From assembly GCF_009914755.1 (NCBI RefSeq), contig NC_060933.1: a DNA stretch of 64,000 nt. The stretch is one strand, 5' to 3'. This DNA comes from the human T2T-CHM13v2.0 reference genome, Homo sapiens. How positions within the stretch are numbered: the stretch's first letter is position 1; every line of letters begins with the position of its first letter. The position numbers and the translations under genes were made by a program. Under the pieces are notes generated by a model. The model saw only the letters and a list, made by a program, of their open reading frames with translations, searched no databases and was not told where the DNA came from. Below, piece by piece: positions 13,781 through 26,947 of the stretch.

Positions 13781-14411
13781 CAATTTCATTTTAAAATATA
13801 AATTTTCTTATTTTTTCCACATATTTCTTAGGGGAAAATTTTAAATAATTTCTAGCTTCACTGTTTTCTAATGGATAAAAGCATAAATTAAATATGCTTT
13901 TATTACTGAGAGGATATGACATTGTAGTAACAGATTTATTAATAATCAAGAATGTATTAACATATTTATATAAGGTAACATTCTGTGGATTTTTGTTTCC
14001 AAATAACTCAGAATTGACAAAATAAAAATATAATTATTCAATGATGAATATCACAATGAGCAATATTGATCTATTTCATAAACATTTCATCCTGTCAATC
14101 ACAGGGATACTCAATTCAAATACATCAAAAGAAAACATTCTTCAGGTAAATTGAAATTACAATAGTTTCAATTTTTACAAAAGTTTAGATGTTGATAACA
14201 GTTTCAGAGCCACTTCTCTGTATAGAAAAGCTTTCTGGGGATGTCATGGTTGTAACTAAAAACAAAAATACAGATTTATAGATAACAAAATGAAGAGAAA
14301 TCTGTTATAAATATTGATTGTATGATTATGAGGTCTTTAGAAATTACAAATTATTTTATCAGTATATTTTAAGTGTAGGATATACTTAATTTGAATACTA
14401 ATATTTATTAC

Positions 14412-14831
14412 ATATGAGCTTAATTGTGTCTCTTCAAAAGATACAATGAAGTGCTAAACTCCAGTACCTTAAAATGTGAACTTATTTGATAATAGAGCTA
14501 TTGCAGATGTCACTAGTTAAGATGAGGTCAGGTGAGTGCTGTCCTTATAAGAATTGGGCACAGAGATACATACATATAGGGAGAATGTCCTGTGATGACA
14601 GAGTCACAAACTGATGCAGTTGCCTGCCAAAAAATGTGCCAAGAATTGATAACTGGCACCTGAAAACAAGAGGTAAAGAAAGATTCTCTCCTTCAGGTTT
14701 CAGAGGGAGCATGGTATTGCTAACATCTTGATTTTGAATTTCTGACCTCCAAAACTGAGAGAATAAGCTTTTGATGTTTTAAGCTACCCAGTTTGTGGTA
14801 TTTTGTATGACAGTCCTAAAAAATGAATACA
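14412..14831 (+). mobile_element. MLT1B/C-type LTR
   Basis: aattgtgtctcttcaaaagata...ttgcagatgt...gttaagatgaggtca...ttcagagggagcatgg...aatgaataca. Confidence 0.75.
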
Positions 14832-16221
14832 AATAGTAAACCATAAGCAAAACTACAAGCATGGAAATTTACCCTAATTCACTTTCTGCGTAACACTTAT
14901 GATTCAAAAATTGATATTATATTTTGTATTTTTAATTATCTTTCTCACGTAGGAGAACATAAACATCCTGAGGGCAAAATCTTTATTCAGTTTTTATTTT
15001 ACTCATAACACTTAGAACATTGAGTGGCAATTGATGTGTTTGCTAGTCAGGATATTATTCTGGTGAATACTGTTCATTCTATGTAACAAGAAACCACTGA
15101 TGTATCAGTAGTTTATGAAAGGTTTAGTTTAACTGATGCCACCTATCCAAAACAGGCAAAGCAGTGGGACTTCCCCTTCCTGCGAGTCAGGTAAAATATT
15201 TGATACATGTTTTCATAGCCACAGAGATGGGGGGAAACAGAACATGGCAAAGAATGACTGGACTCTAAAAAGTTTTATATTCTGGATTAGTCAGAATTTC
15301 AACAGAAAACAGTTGGTAAATACAACTAAGAATAATTTGAGGAATGCTTCCATACAAAGGAAGGAGCATGAAAGAATTGTAAGCAATAAATCTGGAACTG
15401 GCGCTCAGTGAGGATAAAAACAAAACCTGGAAAAAGAAGGAGTAGAAGATCAGACCACCTGGAGAACAAAAGTAACCTTCTGTAAAGAGACACATGTAGG
15501 GAAGACAGCCTCATGGAGAAGAGACCAACAGAATAAACACGGATAAACACCGTGACCCTTTTCTCCTCTTCCTTTCTGCCTTCTTACAGGGTTCTCCACA
15601 GGCTGAACCTAACCTGAAGCCAGAGGGTGAGGGAGCCTCCTAATGTATTCGTGAGAAGTCAAAAAAAAAAAAAAAAAGGCCAATGAGTCAGGAAGAGTGG
15701 AAAGGGTTGCATTAGAAGATATTTTACACATTACTTTCCTTTTTTTATGTTACCATTATAAAGTGATATATCTAGAAGCAATCTTGCACAACAATCTTTA
15801 TCTACATCTCAGATTGTGTAAACTTTATAGCTTACTGTTTCCCTCATGAAAAGTAAAGTATCCCATTGTAAGAGTAAGACAATATACAACTATGTTATAT
15901 AGTGTTAACTTCTGTTAATTGTTTGTAAGACAAATTATTGGGGTGATTACATGAAATAAGGAGGTCTAAATTAAACTTTCAATGACAGAAAACCAGCAAT
16001 ATATAAGAAACAGAACAAACATTCTTAATGTATTTAATGTATTTCAATCTGTGTATTTAGCATCTACTTATAATTTTTTAAACAATTTAACTCTAGTTTT
16101 TAATATAGAGACCATTACACCATTTCTTCTTATATTTTTAAATTACATTTTATATCATCTTTATCATTAGGATAAGCAGGGGAGAAATGTTGAATATATT
16201 GATTGATGTATCTGATATATA

Positions 16222-16797
16222 CACTCATGTGCCACATAATTATGTTTTGGTCAATGACAGACCATATATGTATGATGTTGTCCTCATAAGATTCTAATGG
16301 CCCTGAAAAATTTCTATCATCCAGTGATATTGTAAGCCACCTAACATTGTAGCAAAATGTATTGCTAGTGTTTGTGGTGATGATGGTGTAAACAAATTTG
16401 CTTTTCTTTCAGTGATACTAAAGTACACATGCAATTGTGTGCAGTACATAGTATTAGATAATGATAAACTCTGTTACTGGTTTATGTGTTTTATATATTA
16501 CAATTTTTATCATTAGAATTACCCCTTCTACTTATGGAAAAACAGTTAAATCTGTACAATAGCCTCAAGCAAATCTTTCAGGAAGTATTACAGAAAGAAG
16601 CATCATTACCATAGGAAATAACAACTCCATGAGTGTAATTATCTCTGAAGCCTTTTCAGTGGGACAAGATGTGGAGGTTCAGACAGTAATATTGATTATC
16701 CTGACCTCATGTTGACATAGTCTAATGTGTTTGTTTGTCTTTTTTTGTTTTTTGTTTATTTTTACAAGAAAGGTTTACAACATAAAAGAAAAAAAAA
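16222..16797 (+). mobile_element. Tigger3-family 5' portion, truncated at the duplication junction
   Basis: Terminus cactcatgtgccacataattatgttttggtcaatgacagacc...cataagattctaatgg matches the terminus of the element at 5034-6200. Confidence 0.8.
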
Positions 16798-18681
16798 GAA
16801 ATACCGAAGTGGTTCCCCAAGACACCAATTTAAAGTGTATATGTGCAGTGCAGGGTTACTGGACCAAGGCACAGTGTAAACAGCGAAATTTTATTTTTTG
16901 TTTTCTTTTTCCTAAGATGTTCCTTACTCCCAGTTACATAAAAATGTGTATTACAAGCAAACAAAAATTAACAGGAATAGAAATAACTATAAAGTATATT
17001 CACATTAAAATCAGCTTTGCTTTATCTATTAAAGGATGTAACACAGTTGTGGTTTTCAGGACCTTGTAACTCCTGGTGAATTGGAAAGCACAGAAATTCT
17101 TCAGAGCCTCAAGAGTTGTGTTTAATGCATTATTTAAATAGTGTCCAACCACTAGTTAGATAGCTTAGCACTCAAATAGCTTTTGAAATCTCTGTAGACT
17201 CACCTCAATTGAAGAGTCCTGATAATTTACAGAAGTGTGTAGTGCACTAAGAGATCCCTGCTGTACGATGTCTGCCTGTGGAGTGTTTTATGTGTTGATC
17301 CACTGGAGTGTGTGTGTGTGTCTGTGTGTACGTGGGTGAGTATGGGTGGGTGTGGATTGTGTGTGTGTGTATGTGTATGTATTTACATTGTGGTATGTGT
17401 CTGTTGGGGTGCCGCCATTAGGGATTTGGAAGAGTGAGGACCATAAACTTGTCAACATTCCTACATGCCTGCTTCATAACAAGTGTACTGAACATGGCCA
17501 AAATAACTAAACCAAGTAAACAAATTAGACATTAATTAAATTTAATGCTGGGCAGGAAAGAAGTAGTCAAGGCCAGGTAAAATGAAGAAATATAACCAAG
17601 TGAATGAAATTTTTAGATTGATTCGTAGAATGAGACAGGAATATTTTTTAAAATTTGTAATTTCTAATGACTATCAGTATATAAAACTAAGAATTATATG
17701 GCTGTCAATTGACTAAAAACTGTACATAAGATTTGAGCTAGTGAAACATCCATATATGAACTTCTATTTCCACTTTTCTGTCTCAAGAATGACTTGTGAA
17801 AATGATGTTTTTTTTGAAATTTTACATTCTCATTTTGAAAGAGCTTCACAAAACTTACATGAGAATCTGGATGCTCATAAGAGGTCTGATTTTTTAATGG
17901 CATGTTTGTATTTCTGTTATGTTCATCAATGTCAAGCATTCGTTTCCTGAGCTGTTCTCTACAACACAATTTAACTTGTAATGGACACTCAATAAATGGT
18001 CGGTTGGATATTCAAATCAACACCTTAGTTCCATCAATTTTCATTTCATATAAAAATGCCTGATCTTCTATACTCACCAATGAAACAGAGAGCGATGAAG
18101 GAGGGAGAGCAGTTGAGACTGAGAGGATGACAAGCAGACCTCATTCTGCAGTGGATTTCCTACACTCTCCACTTCTGAATGCTTGGAAACACTTGCCATG
18201 CTTAGAAAATATTGGTATTTCCTAGGCAGCAAATGGGAGTTAAAGAAAGTCCATATTTCTATATTGCAATAACTTACACTATAATACACAGACAACATAC
18301 ATTTCTAAGCTATTTCAATTCATAGAAAATGTAGATAAATTTAGGTGAGCAAGGTGTAGGAGAAGGGTTAGTAATCAAGCTGAGTGTGATTGTGAGATTA
18401 AATCTAATATTATGCAATTATTGTATAATTGTATCAGTTGACATATCTGTTGAAACAGAAGGTGGGAGAGTTTTGCATGCGCTTCCGAAATGTACTGGAT
18501 GATGTTAGGAGAGAGGCGGGTCAACGTGGCTAGGCCATAAGTGTTTACTAATTGAGGCTTAGGAAAGTTAAGTTCCTAACCAGAGACTGGGAGATAGAGG
18601 CGCTAAATTGTATAACATTTATATTTAATATATATTTAATAATATATAGTAAAGTCTTAAAATGCCAATTTTAAGTCTTTT

Positions 18682-20108
18682 CATTTTCTTCTTAAAAACA
18701 GAGGTTTTATTGCGTTTGGTCCACAGTCGGTATTTCACATTATCTCATAGCGCAGGGCCCCTGGGTGGAGGGCTCTGTGCAGTACTTGGCGTGGCCTGGA
18801 GCCGGGAGAGATAGAGCAGTAGACCTGGTCAGGCCCGGAAGGGGAGAAGGAGGGCCGGGGCTCCTTAAGACCTACTGAGGAGCTGGGCGCGGTGGCTCAC
18901 GCCTGTCATCCCAACACTTTGGGAGGACGAAACAGGCGGATCACATGAGGGAAAGAGTTCCAAACCAGCCTGGCCAACATGGTGAAATCCCGTCTCTACT
19001 AAAAATACAAAAAATTAGGCAGGCGTGGTGGTGGGCGCCTGTAGTCTCAGCTACTCTGGAGGCTGAGGCAGGAGAATCGCTTGAGCCCGGTAGGCCGAGG
19101 TGCAGTGAGGCGAGATTACTCCAGTGCGCTTCAGCCTGGGCAACAGAGTGAGACTACATCTCAACAAAAACAAAAACAAACAAAAAACCCTACTGAGGGC
19201 CACGGAGGTCGGGGAGCAGGATGGAGATGGGTCAGGCTTAACCCTGACAACTCAAAATTCCAGTACCTTGTATGGGCCTCAGTTTCCTCACGGGGCCCCA
19301 GCGTAGGTCTGAGGTCTGTTGGTCTGAGGGTCCTAGGGAAATCCAGCCACTCAGGAGCCTGAGATATTTTAGCATCATGGCTGAGCCCCCTCTCCCAGGG
19401 GACACACTTCCTAGCACCCTCTCCACTGTCCCCGCCCCATTCCTCGGGGAAAAAAATTTTTTTTTATTTTGTTAATACTTCCTGAAACTTTTGCAGGTAC
19501 AGAAACCACTTACTGATAGGCTGAGAAAAGGGGAAGAGGAGAGGCAACCAGAAACCTTCAGGGACCGGTTCCCTCCATGTCCAGGTCTCTTCTCTCCAGC
19601 ACAGCTCAGCCTACAGCCTGGAAGTGCCAGCGGGCACCTTCACCCTACACGCATCAGGATACGGCCTTGATCCCTTCCCCCACAGCCCGGTGGCTCAGTC
19701 CTGAGAAGGAACCAAAGCAGGGGGAGGTGGGGGAAAAATCCCTGCTGCCTGATCCCACGCTGCCACTCACAGACCCTCGGTTGACTGGCAGCACTGAACA
19801 GGTTAAAAAAAAAAAAGATGAAAACACAGAAAAACCCAAACACCCAGAGGGGAGATCATGTGTGGAGAGAGCGTGCTGGGAGCCTCAGTAGCCGGTCTCC
19901 TCCTGGTAGTAAGGGAGATATTCAGGGGCCGGAGCCCGAGGGAGCGCCGTGGGCCACTGGGCCTCCCCAGTAGTACCTGGGGTCGTATATCTGTGGGCCC
20001 AGGCCGAAGGCCTGGCCGCTCTGATGAGCGCCCTGTGTGTATCCCATCTTCAGGGACGTGGAGGAGTTGTCACACTTGTCGATTCCCAGCTTGGTGTCAT
20101 AGGTGTGC
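18682..20108 (-). pseudogene. CNN2P: Partial calponin-2 processed pseudogene (last ~75 codons plus 3'UTR)
   Basis: Translation HTYDTKLGIDKCDNSSTSLKMGYTQGAHQSGQAFGLGPQIYDPRY...EYLPYYQEETGY*. AATAAA (as tttatt) at 18706-18711; copy of the 3' TSD at 18672-18681. Confidence 0.93.
18881..19188 (+). mobile_element. AluS in the CNN2P 3'UTR (duplicated copy)
   Basis: Full dimeric Alu with TSD cctactgagg at 18871-18880 and 19189-19198. Confidence 0.95.
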
Positions 20109-20109
20109 T

Positions 20110-20547
20110 CATTACTCCTATCTAGCTGTAAGTTTGTATTTGTTAACCAACCTCTCCCTGTCCTCTTCTCCCTGTTGCTCTCCCCAGCCTGTAATAACCA
20201 GAATTCTACTCTCCACTTCCATGAGCTCAGTTCGTTTTTTTTTAGCTCCCACATATGAGTGAGAACATGCAAGATTTATAATTCTGTGCCTAGGTTATTT
20301 CACTTAATGTAGTGTTCCAGGCTGATCCATGTTGCAGCCAAGGACAGGATTTCATTATTTTTACGGTTAAATAGTACTCCACTGTGAATAGATACTACAT
20401 TTTTAATCTATTATGTTTTTGGACATTTAGGTTGATTCTAATCTTGGCTACTGTGAATAGTGGCTGCTATAAACATGAGGGTGCAGGTATCACCTAAATA
20501 TGCTGATTTCCTTTCCTGTAGATAAATGCCCCATAGTGGGACTGCTG
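20110..20547 (-). mobile_element. L1MA 3' region fragment abutting the duplication breakpoint
   Basis: tagctcccacatatgagtgagaacatgc...gctgctataaacatg.gggtgcaggtatc...gatttcctttcct. Confidence 0.85.
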
Positions 20548-23500
20548 GAAAAAAAAAAATTCTTTTTCTTTAAACCTGATCATGTCTGTCCTCATAAATG
20601 CATGTTACACCCATCTCTCGCCATCAATGCAACCCGACCCCGAGCAGTTGTTCACTCTTCTCTTCCCTCGTTCTCGGCACACCGTGTGCCTCCATACCCC
20701 AGCCTCAGGCCTTTCTATACCACTTCCCATTTGAGGCACTGTGTTTTTATTCAACTTTGGTACTGTCCTTTGAGAATCTTCAACGTGATTTGGATATGGC
20801 ACTTTTTATCAGGATGTTACGTCAGAGTTGATAAATTCAAAGTAATATCGTTCTTTTTCCTGCCAAAGTCAGCTCCTCCTTTCCACTGCACTTTCCTGCC
20901 GATGCCACCACTCTTTCTCCTGTTGTGTAGGGAGAACACAGGTCACCTCCCTGGCATGAAATGTGCAGGTGCTCAATAAAGATTTTTTGAATACATGAAT
21001 GAATGTTCTCAGAGGACACCCTTGTACCTGGACTGGTCATTACATAGGTGTAAGTTTTATTCTCTAAAAGGGGTGAGTGAGAGTTTATACTAAGGTTGTA
21101 AGCATCCCTCAGGGCAGACTCTGGATGTATATTACAGAACTGCTGAACTTGTGGAATGTGCATGTTTAATACTGAAAATATTTAATGCCACATGTGTAAG
21201 ACTTTTGCCAACTGGAATCTGAACATCAACAATTTTGAAGGGCTTATTCTACCTTCTCAGCACAAAAATACTTTCTACGAATGCACATATTTATGTGCAA
21301 ATGTATAGAAAATTAACTTTAAAGTGTACAACAAATTTATTTTAGCAATTGGGCCTGGGGGACCTAGAAGGAGAATGAGATTGGAGTGGTACGGGTGGAA
21401 CATTAGCTAATAATGATTTATTTTATTAAAGTAATTACTGAAAAACAATGCAATAAAATATTAACATGTTAATTGAAGGGGTTGGGAGTATAGTGCTTAT
21501 ATTCTTCTTTACATGTTTTAATATCTTTAAAATTCCTTTTTTTGCTTTTGCTAAGGAAGTCACAGTTTAATTGGCAGTATATCTCTAATGGTACATGAAA
21601 TAATGTCTGATTTCTAAACATTGACATTCTACATTAGATGAAATATATTAACTATTAAGCTTTGATATTACACTATAAAATTAATTGAAGAAAGCCACTC
21701 CTCTTTGTTTCTTTTTTTTTTTAGTTATTATGTGCCCCATGTGATCTGCGGGAGTTTTTTTTCTAGGCTTTGATCATTTTAAATAAAATCAGAATTTGTT
21801 CAAGTTCAGTTAACACTCAGCTGTGAACCCTATGGTACTGGGGTCTTTTTCAATGGGAGATCTCTAAGCATTATTCCAAACTATTCTATGCTAATTGATC
21901 TATTGATAATTTATAATTTATTATGAAATACATTAAATTTCTTAAAAAGAAAAAGGAAAGAAGTAAAGGGAAACATTTATTACAATTTAAATAAAGGAAT
22001 TAGCAGTTGAAAACAAGAAAACCTATTCTGAGCATCCATACTTCTCGGCAACCAAAACAATCAATGAAATCAATGCATTGGGTTAAACAGTTCCCAATTG
22101 CCCACTATGTTACCAGGAGAAAAAAACCCTTTATCATAGGGTTAAACTTTGGGAAGGATTTTCCATAAGGATCTTAATATAAAGGTTCTTGAATGACATA
22201 ATGTATAAGGTCTTTGATAGCAACGCTACCCACAGTGCAAAGATGTTTTACTAGTCCTGTTGGTGTCTCAAATTGGCTCTCGGTAAGTAATCTGGACATA
22301 TCGTGAAATTATAATTCTGTGTAGACAATTCGACTTACCAGGTTAGAGTGATGCAATCCAAATAGATGGCTTTCTTCTGATCTGGCTTAACAGAAATCTT
22401 GAAAAATCTGGAGGAGTAAATGTTTAATATACCCTCACTTGTCAACCATTCTTCTTCCCCTGAAAGACAACACCACAGGCAGGACTTCCTCCCAAGTGTA
22501 CACGCAATATTATGTACAGTTCCCACGTGAGAAAGCACATCATAATCTTAGTGAGAATGATGTTCTCATAAGGTCAGTTATACTCAGTGTGCATAGTTGT
22601 CCAAGTGTGAGTATGAAACCAAGTCATTCACAAGTACCACTAGTCTGATTATTAGTAATAATAATCCACTTGTGACATAGTTTTTCTTTGCTGAAATAAA
22701 ATATTGTTTTGACACCATGGTTGAAATGTTGGTCTTAGGTCAATGCTCTCTATTATCTGTTGTTGTTGCAAAGCCTCTGAGAGGTGTTTTATGTGGGGCA
22801 AAAGGTCCCTTCCTGTGTCTTTGGTCAAAGCAAATGAGGAGTACAGATGACTGAGAGAGTGATCACGCTGCTGTGCCCACCTATGCGGTAGACCTTGTTC
22901 CTGGGTTGGGAGATGTTTTATGATCAGGGTGCAGTAGAAAGAGCACACTAGTAGCAGTAAAGAGAGGTGACCCTGGCTGCAGTTCTGCCTCTAACTTCCT
23001 GAGTGACCTAGGCTAGTCACACAGTGACTGCTCCCCACATTTCTTTTTGTAAGCTGCAAGGATTGAATCAGACAATAGCCTCTAAGTTTCTTCTGAACTC
23101 TCATACTCAGGGATGCCAACGATGTTGGTAATAAAATAGTATGAACATGCCAAAAAAATAAAAATAAGGAAGAGAAATAGGTATGTAACTTTACTCTGGG
23201 ACTCCTGTGGTATCTCACAACACCATGTTTCATGAACCCCAAAGAAAGCAAAAAATCCAGCTAGTGTTATAAATCCTGATCAGCTGAATTCTTTCACATG
23301 TTGCAGCCTGACTCAAGTTATTCATCACAGAGGCTAGCAGCTCCCTGATGCATCCTTCCTTGTCTCTGGACAGGGTAAAAATAAGAAATTGGCCATTGTG
23401 AGACACTCTGAGTTTCATGGGATTGAGCAGAGCATATTTTATATTCTTCTCTTGGAACTGCCTCTTGTTGGTAGTAAATCGTTGCCAGCACTGTTGTTTC

Positions 23501-25884
23501 TCAATAGACAAGTCCTAGAAATAAAGATAATTCAATTTTCATTCACTCTTAGCTCTTCTGCTACCAGTGTTCTTCTTTGACACTGACAGGGCTGCACCTG
23601 TCTCCCTGGCCTGACATAGCACTTGTATGGTTTGCCACTTGCCAGAAAATCCACGAGTCATTCTAAAGACCTTTTGCCCAGCAGAGACCACTCCAGTGAG
23701 CACAAATTGTCTAGTGGTTTTTTTAGATGGTCTTCCTCCTTGGCTCATTTCTCTCCAAGAACGAAGATATCAAGGTGTTCATTTAACAGCAGCTCCTGAA
23801 AGACAATCCAGCTTGGTTTAAATCTTTAACGGTTTTCATTATAATAGAAAATATAATAGCAACAGTAGCATCCTCTGTTACATTGAAATTAAATTGCAAT
23901 TCTTTCACTGTTGGGGTGGCAAGTATAATTCCTATCACTTCTTTGGAAAGCAATACAATTTACTAAAGATCACCAAAATGTTTATACTTTTTGGAACCAA
24001 AAACCTCACTGAAAAATTTTATTCCAAGAGTATGATTCAACAGAAAAAAAAAAGTAATATACATGTGCATGTTTCTCCCTGTGAAAACAACAGCACAGAA
24101 TTTACTAGACAAGTTTTGAAACAGTTGGCTATGTGGTAACGTGGAACAACATTCTCCTATAATGTTGAAGGATAAAAGCTTAGAGAATAGAATATATTCT
24201 ATGACTGCAACTATGAAAGAAAACATAGATCTACATAGGGACAAAGATGATAAACATGTGAAAACAGGTGTTAGATTCATGGATTATGTGTATTTTTCCT
24301 GCATTCAAATTTATCTTTATTATTGCTTTTTTATGTTCCCCTCTCCTCCCCCGAAAAAATCCTAAAGATCTTGAATATGCCCCTGTCAGTATTTAACATT
24401 TCTTCTGAAACTGAGTCTAGATACTCAATCTGCTCCAGTTTTTTGAACAAGATGAGTAGCAAGGTTATTCTTTCCATTTTTTTGTTTGTTTGTGTTTTTT
24501 GTTTGTTTGTTTTTTGTTTTTTTTACAGCCAGACACAGGTCTTGAATTGTACAGCTGACTGCTTTGTTTGGGATACGTTACTTTCAATCATTTTCCTGAT
24601 CCTCTGCATGATTTACAGAAGCCGAGTGGGTGGCTTTAGCATTTCCATGGTCCTCCCTCTCCACTATCATGACATTCTTAGGTGAATTTTTTTTAGAGCC
24701 ATTATTCTCCATTTACAAAGGCAGAATGCAGTGGCAGGAGCTGGGACTCTGGGAAACCAACAGCCAAGAATTCAAACTACAGCATACTATGAAACACTCA
24801 GATAAGATGTCCCCATCATATTCTATTATTGGGCAAAATAAAAGGTAAACCATGTGCTCAAAACAGCAAATATTGTGGGTGACAGTGACACTGGTATTCG
24901 GAAAGATGAAGAGATGCAATTAAGAAACCTGGCAAAGAAGTAAACATGCCATGTAGCTTACAAAAGACCAGCCACATTGTGTGTATTTTAATATTGTTTA
25001 ACAGTAACACCTAATAAAGAGAGCATCATGATTGTGTGAACTACATTTTCGGTCATAATGAATGCTACAAAATTAACCTCCCAAGTTTAAACAGGCTACA
25101 ACGTCTTGGGAAATATGCAAGAAGAATTATTTGATAAAGGTGACAGTTTTTCACACCTGAAAATGATTTTCTCCCAGCCTATCTTGATCAACAGCCAGCA
25201 GCAACACATTGCAGATATAATCTCAAGACCTTGTGGCATGTACTTCTCACTACATGCATAACTTACTATGGACAGAGGATCATGGAGATTTTGAATATAA
25301 TTTCCCACATGACAGGAGATTAAATAGACCACATTGGAAGAAGCTAGGTCTCTGGAGAACCAAAAAGTAAACTTCAGCCAGTTCTGGAAGCAGATAAACA
25401 GTAGGAAATATACTTTCAGATGGGCTACTTTCTCAATAGTTCTTTCTTGCAAGAGCTCTAGGGAAAGTATGAGTTACTGGGTAAGAATGTAATAGAAAAG
25501 GGGCCAGCCTTGGAAAACTTTGCAATGGAAGAAAATCAGTGTCTCCTCATTTACATCTTTCTTTCTCCTCTTCCTTTGTAATGCCACCTTTCTTGGGATA
25601 TTCCTTCCCCTAGAATACCCTGCCTGTCACCCCACGAGAACCTGCTCTTGAGACTGCATTTCTAATACCTATAATGAGATGTTATGTCAATGCCTTATCT
25701 CTCAGTGTGTGTATATACATATTAAGCTTTCTGTCTATGTTGTGCTTTCTCATGCAGGAATATCAGACATTAATGAACCAGTAAAGAAGATACTGAGGTG
25801 CAGAAGAGTTTTCCCAGTGTCCCGGGAGCCATTCTACACAGCATCCTACAGAATGACTGTGGATCTGCTGTGCTTAGTTTCTTT

Positions 25885-26345
25885 ACTTGTGAAAACAGAG
25901 TAATAGTAGCACCTACCTCACAGGGTTGTTCTGAAGATTAGAGGGGTTCTTTCATGGGAAGCTCTAGAGCAGTGCTTGAGACATGGTAAGTGTTCAACAT
26001 GTGTTCATTATTATTATCATTATCAATATTTGATGTAAAAGCCTTTCTGAAAGAAATCACACAAGAACATGATCAGTTAAAAGATATATATGAATGAAAG
26101 TATGTTTGGCGCTGTCACAACACAGAGTGGCATAATGGTTAGGAACATAGGCTTTGGAAGTCAACCATCTGTGCTCAAAGCCTAGTGTCACCACACAGCC
26201 ATTGTGGGACACTGGGCCTCAGATTTCTAGCCTGAAAAATGGGGGAACAATGTCTGTCATATAAAGTTGCTGTAAAGATCAAACTAGATAAGAAATGTAA
26301 AATACTCAACAGTGCCTGACACAAAATAAACACCAATTAATGGTA
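25885..26345 (+). mobile_element. Two MIR fragments
   Basis: taatagtagcacctacctcacagggttgttctgaagatta...; ctgggcctcagatttct...tgaaaaatgggg. Confidence 0.7.
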
Positions 26346-26425
26346 GCAGGAAGAAAAGAGCACTCTTCACCAACATTTTACCTTCAGAAATTGGTTAAGA
26401 AGAAATGAGTGCTTAGGAACCTTCC

Positions 26426-26947
26426 TGTTAGAGCTGGGAACACAAATAACCCCAAGATATGACCCAACTGAGAAAAGAGATACGAGAGTCAGCAGGTCTC
26501 AGGACTCGAGAACATATCATAGATCTGGGGCCAAGGGGACCTCCCAATACCTCAGTCTTGAATTAGCCAGATGTGCCTTTCAGTCCTTGGCTGAGCTGGA
26601 CTGAGGCCTCCTCCAAAGGGAGAAATAAATGCGCATCCTGAAGAGAGCTGACTCTGAAAGAGAGAGAAACCCACAGAGGATGAGTTTCACCAGTACAGCA
26701 CATTCCTCAGTTAAGTCATTTCTCTTCCCAAGGGGAGGACTGAATGAGCTTATGGTGAGAGGCCAAAAGCTTTTCTCCTTTGTTTTTCCCTCATGGGAGA
26801 GGATGGAAGTGCTATCCTTTCTGTGGGAACCTGCAGACTATGGACGTTTCCCCCAGCAGTTGGCATTGACTGATTTATCTGCATGTTTCTCTGTTCACAT
26901 CCTCTATATGAAGAATCGAAGTGGGAATAGCCCCCAAGTAATCTGAT
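26426..26947 (+). mobile_element. Probable old ERV1-type LTR (family not assigned)
   Basis: The start tgttagagctgggaacacaaataaccccaagatatg resembles the 5' ends of MER/LTR elements. Confidence 0.35.

Larger units (their letters stand above)
16798..20108 (-). repeat. Left arm of a ~3.3 kb inverted duplication (partner 32233-35565)
   Basis: gaaataccgaagtggttccccaagacacc at 16798 is the reverse complement of the sequence ending at 35565. Paired ORFs (18074 vs 34073, 16725 vs 35294, 19577 vs 32458/32565) confirm collinearity. Confidence 0.97.

Noticed and set aside
24478-24690. Minus-strand retrocopy or snoRNA with a poly-A tail
   Set aside because: No TSD, polyA signal or recognisable RNA family; the T-rich tract fits a splice acceptor better.
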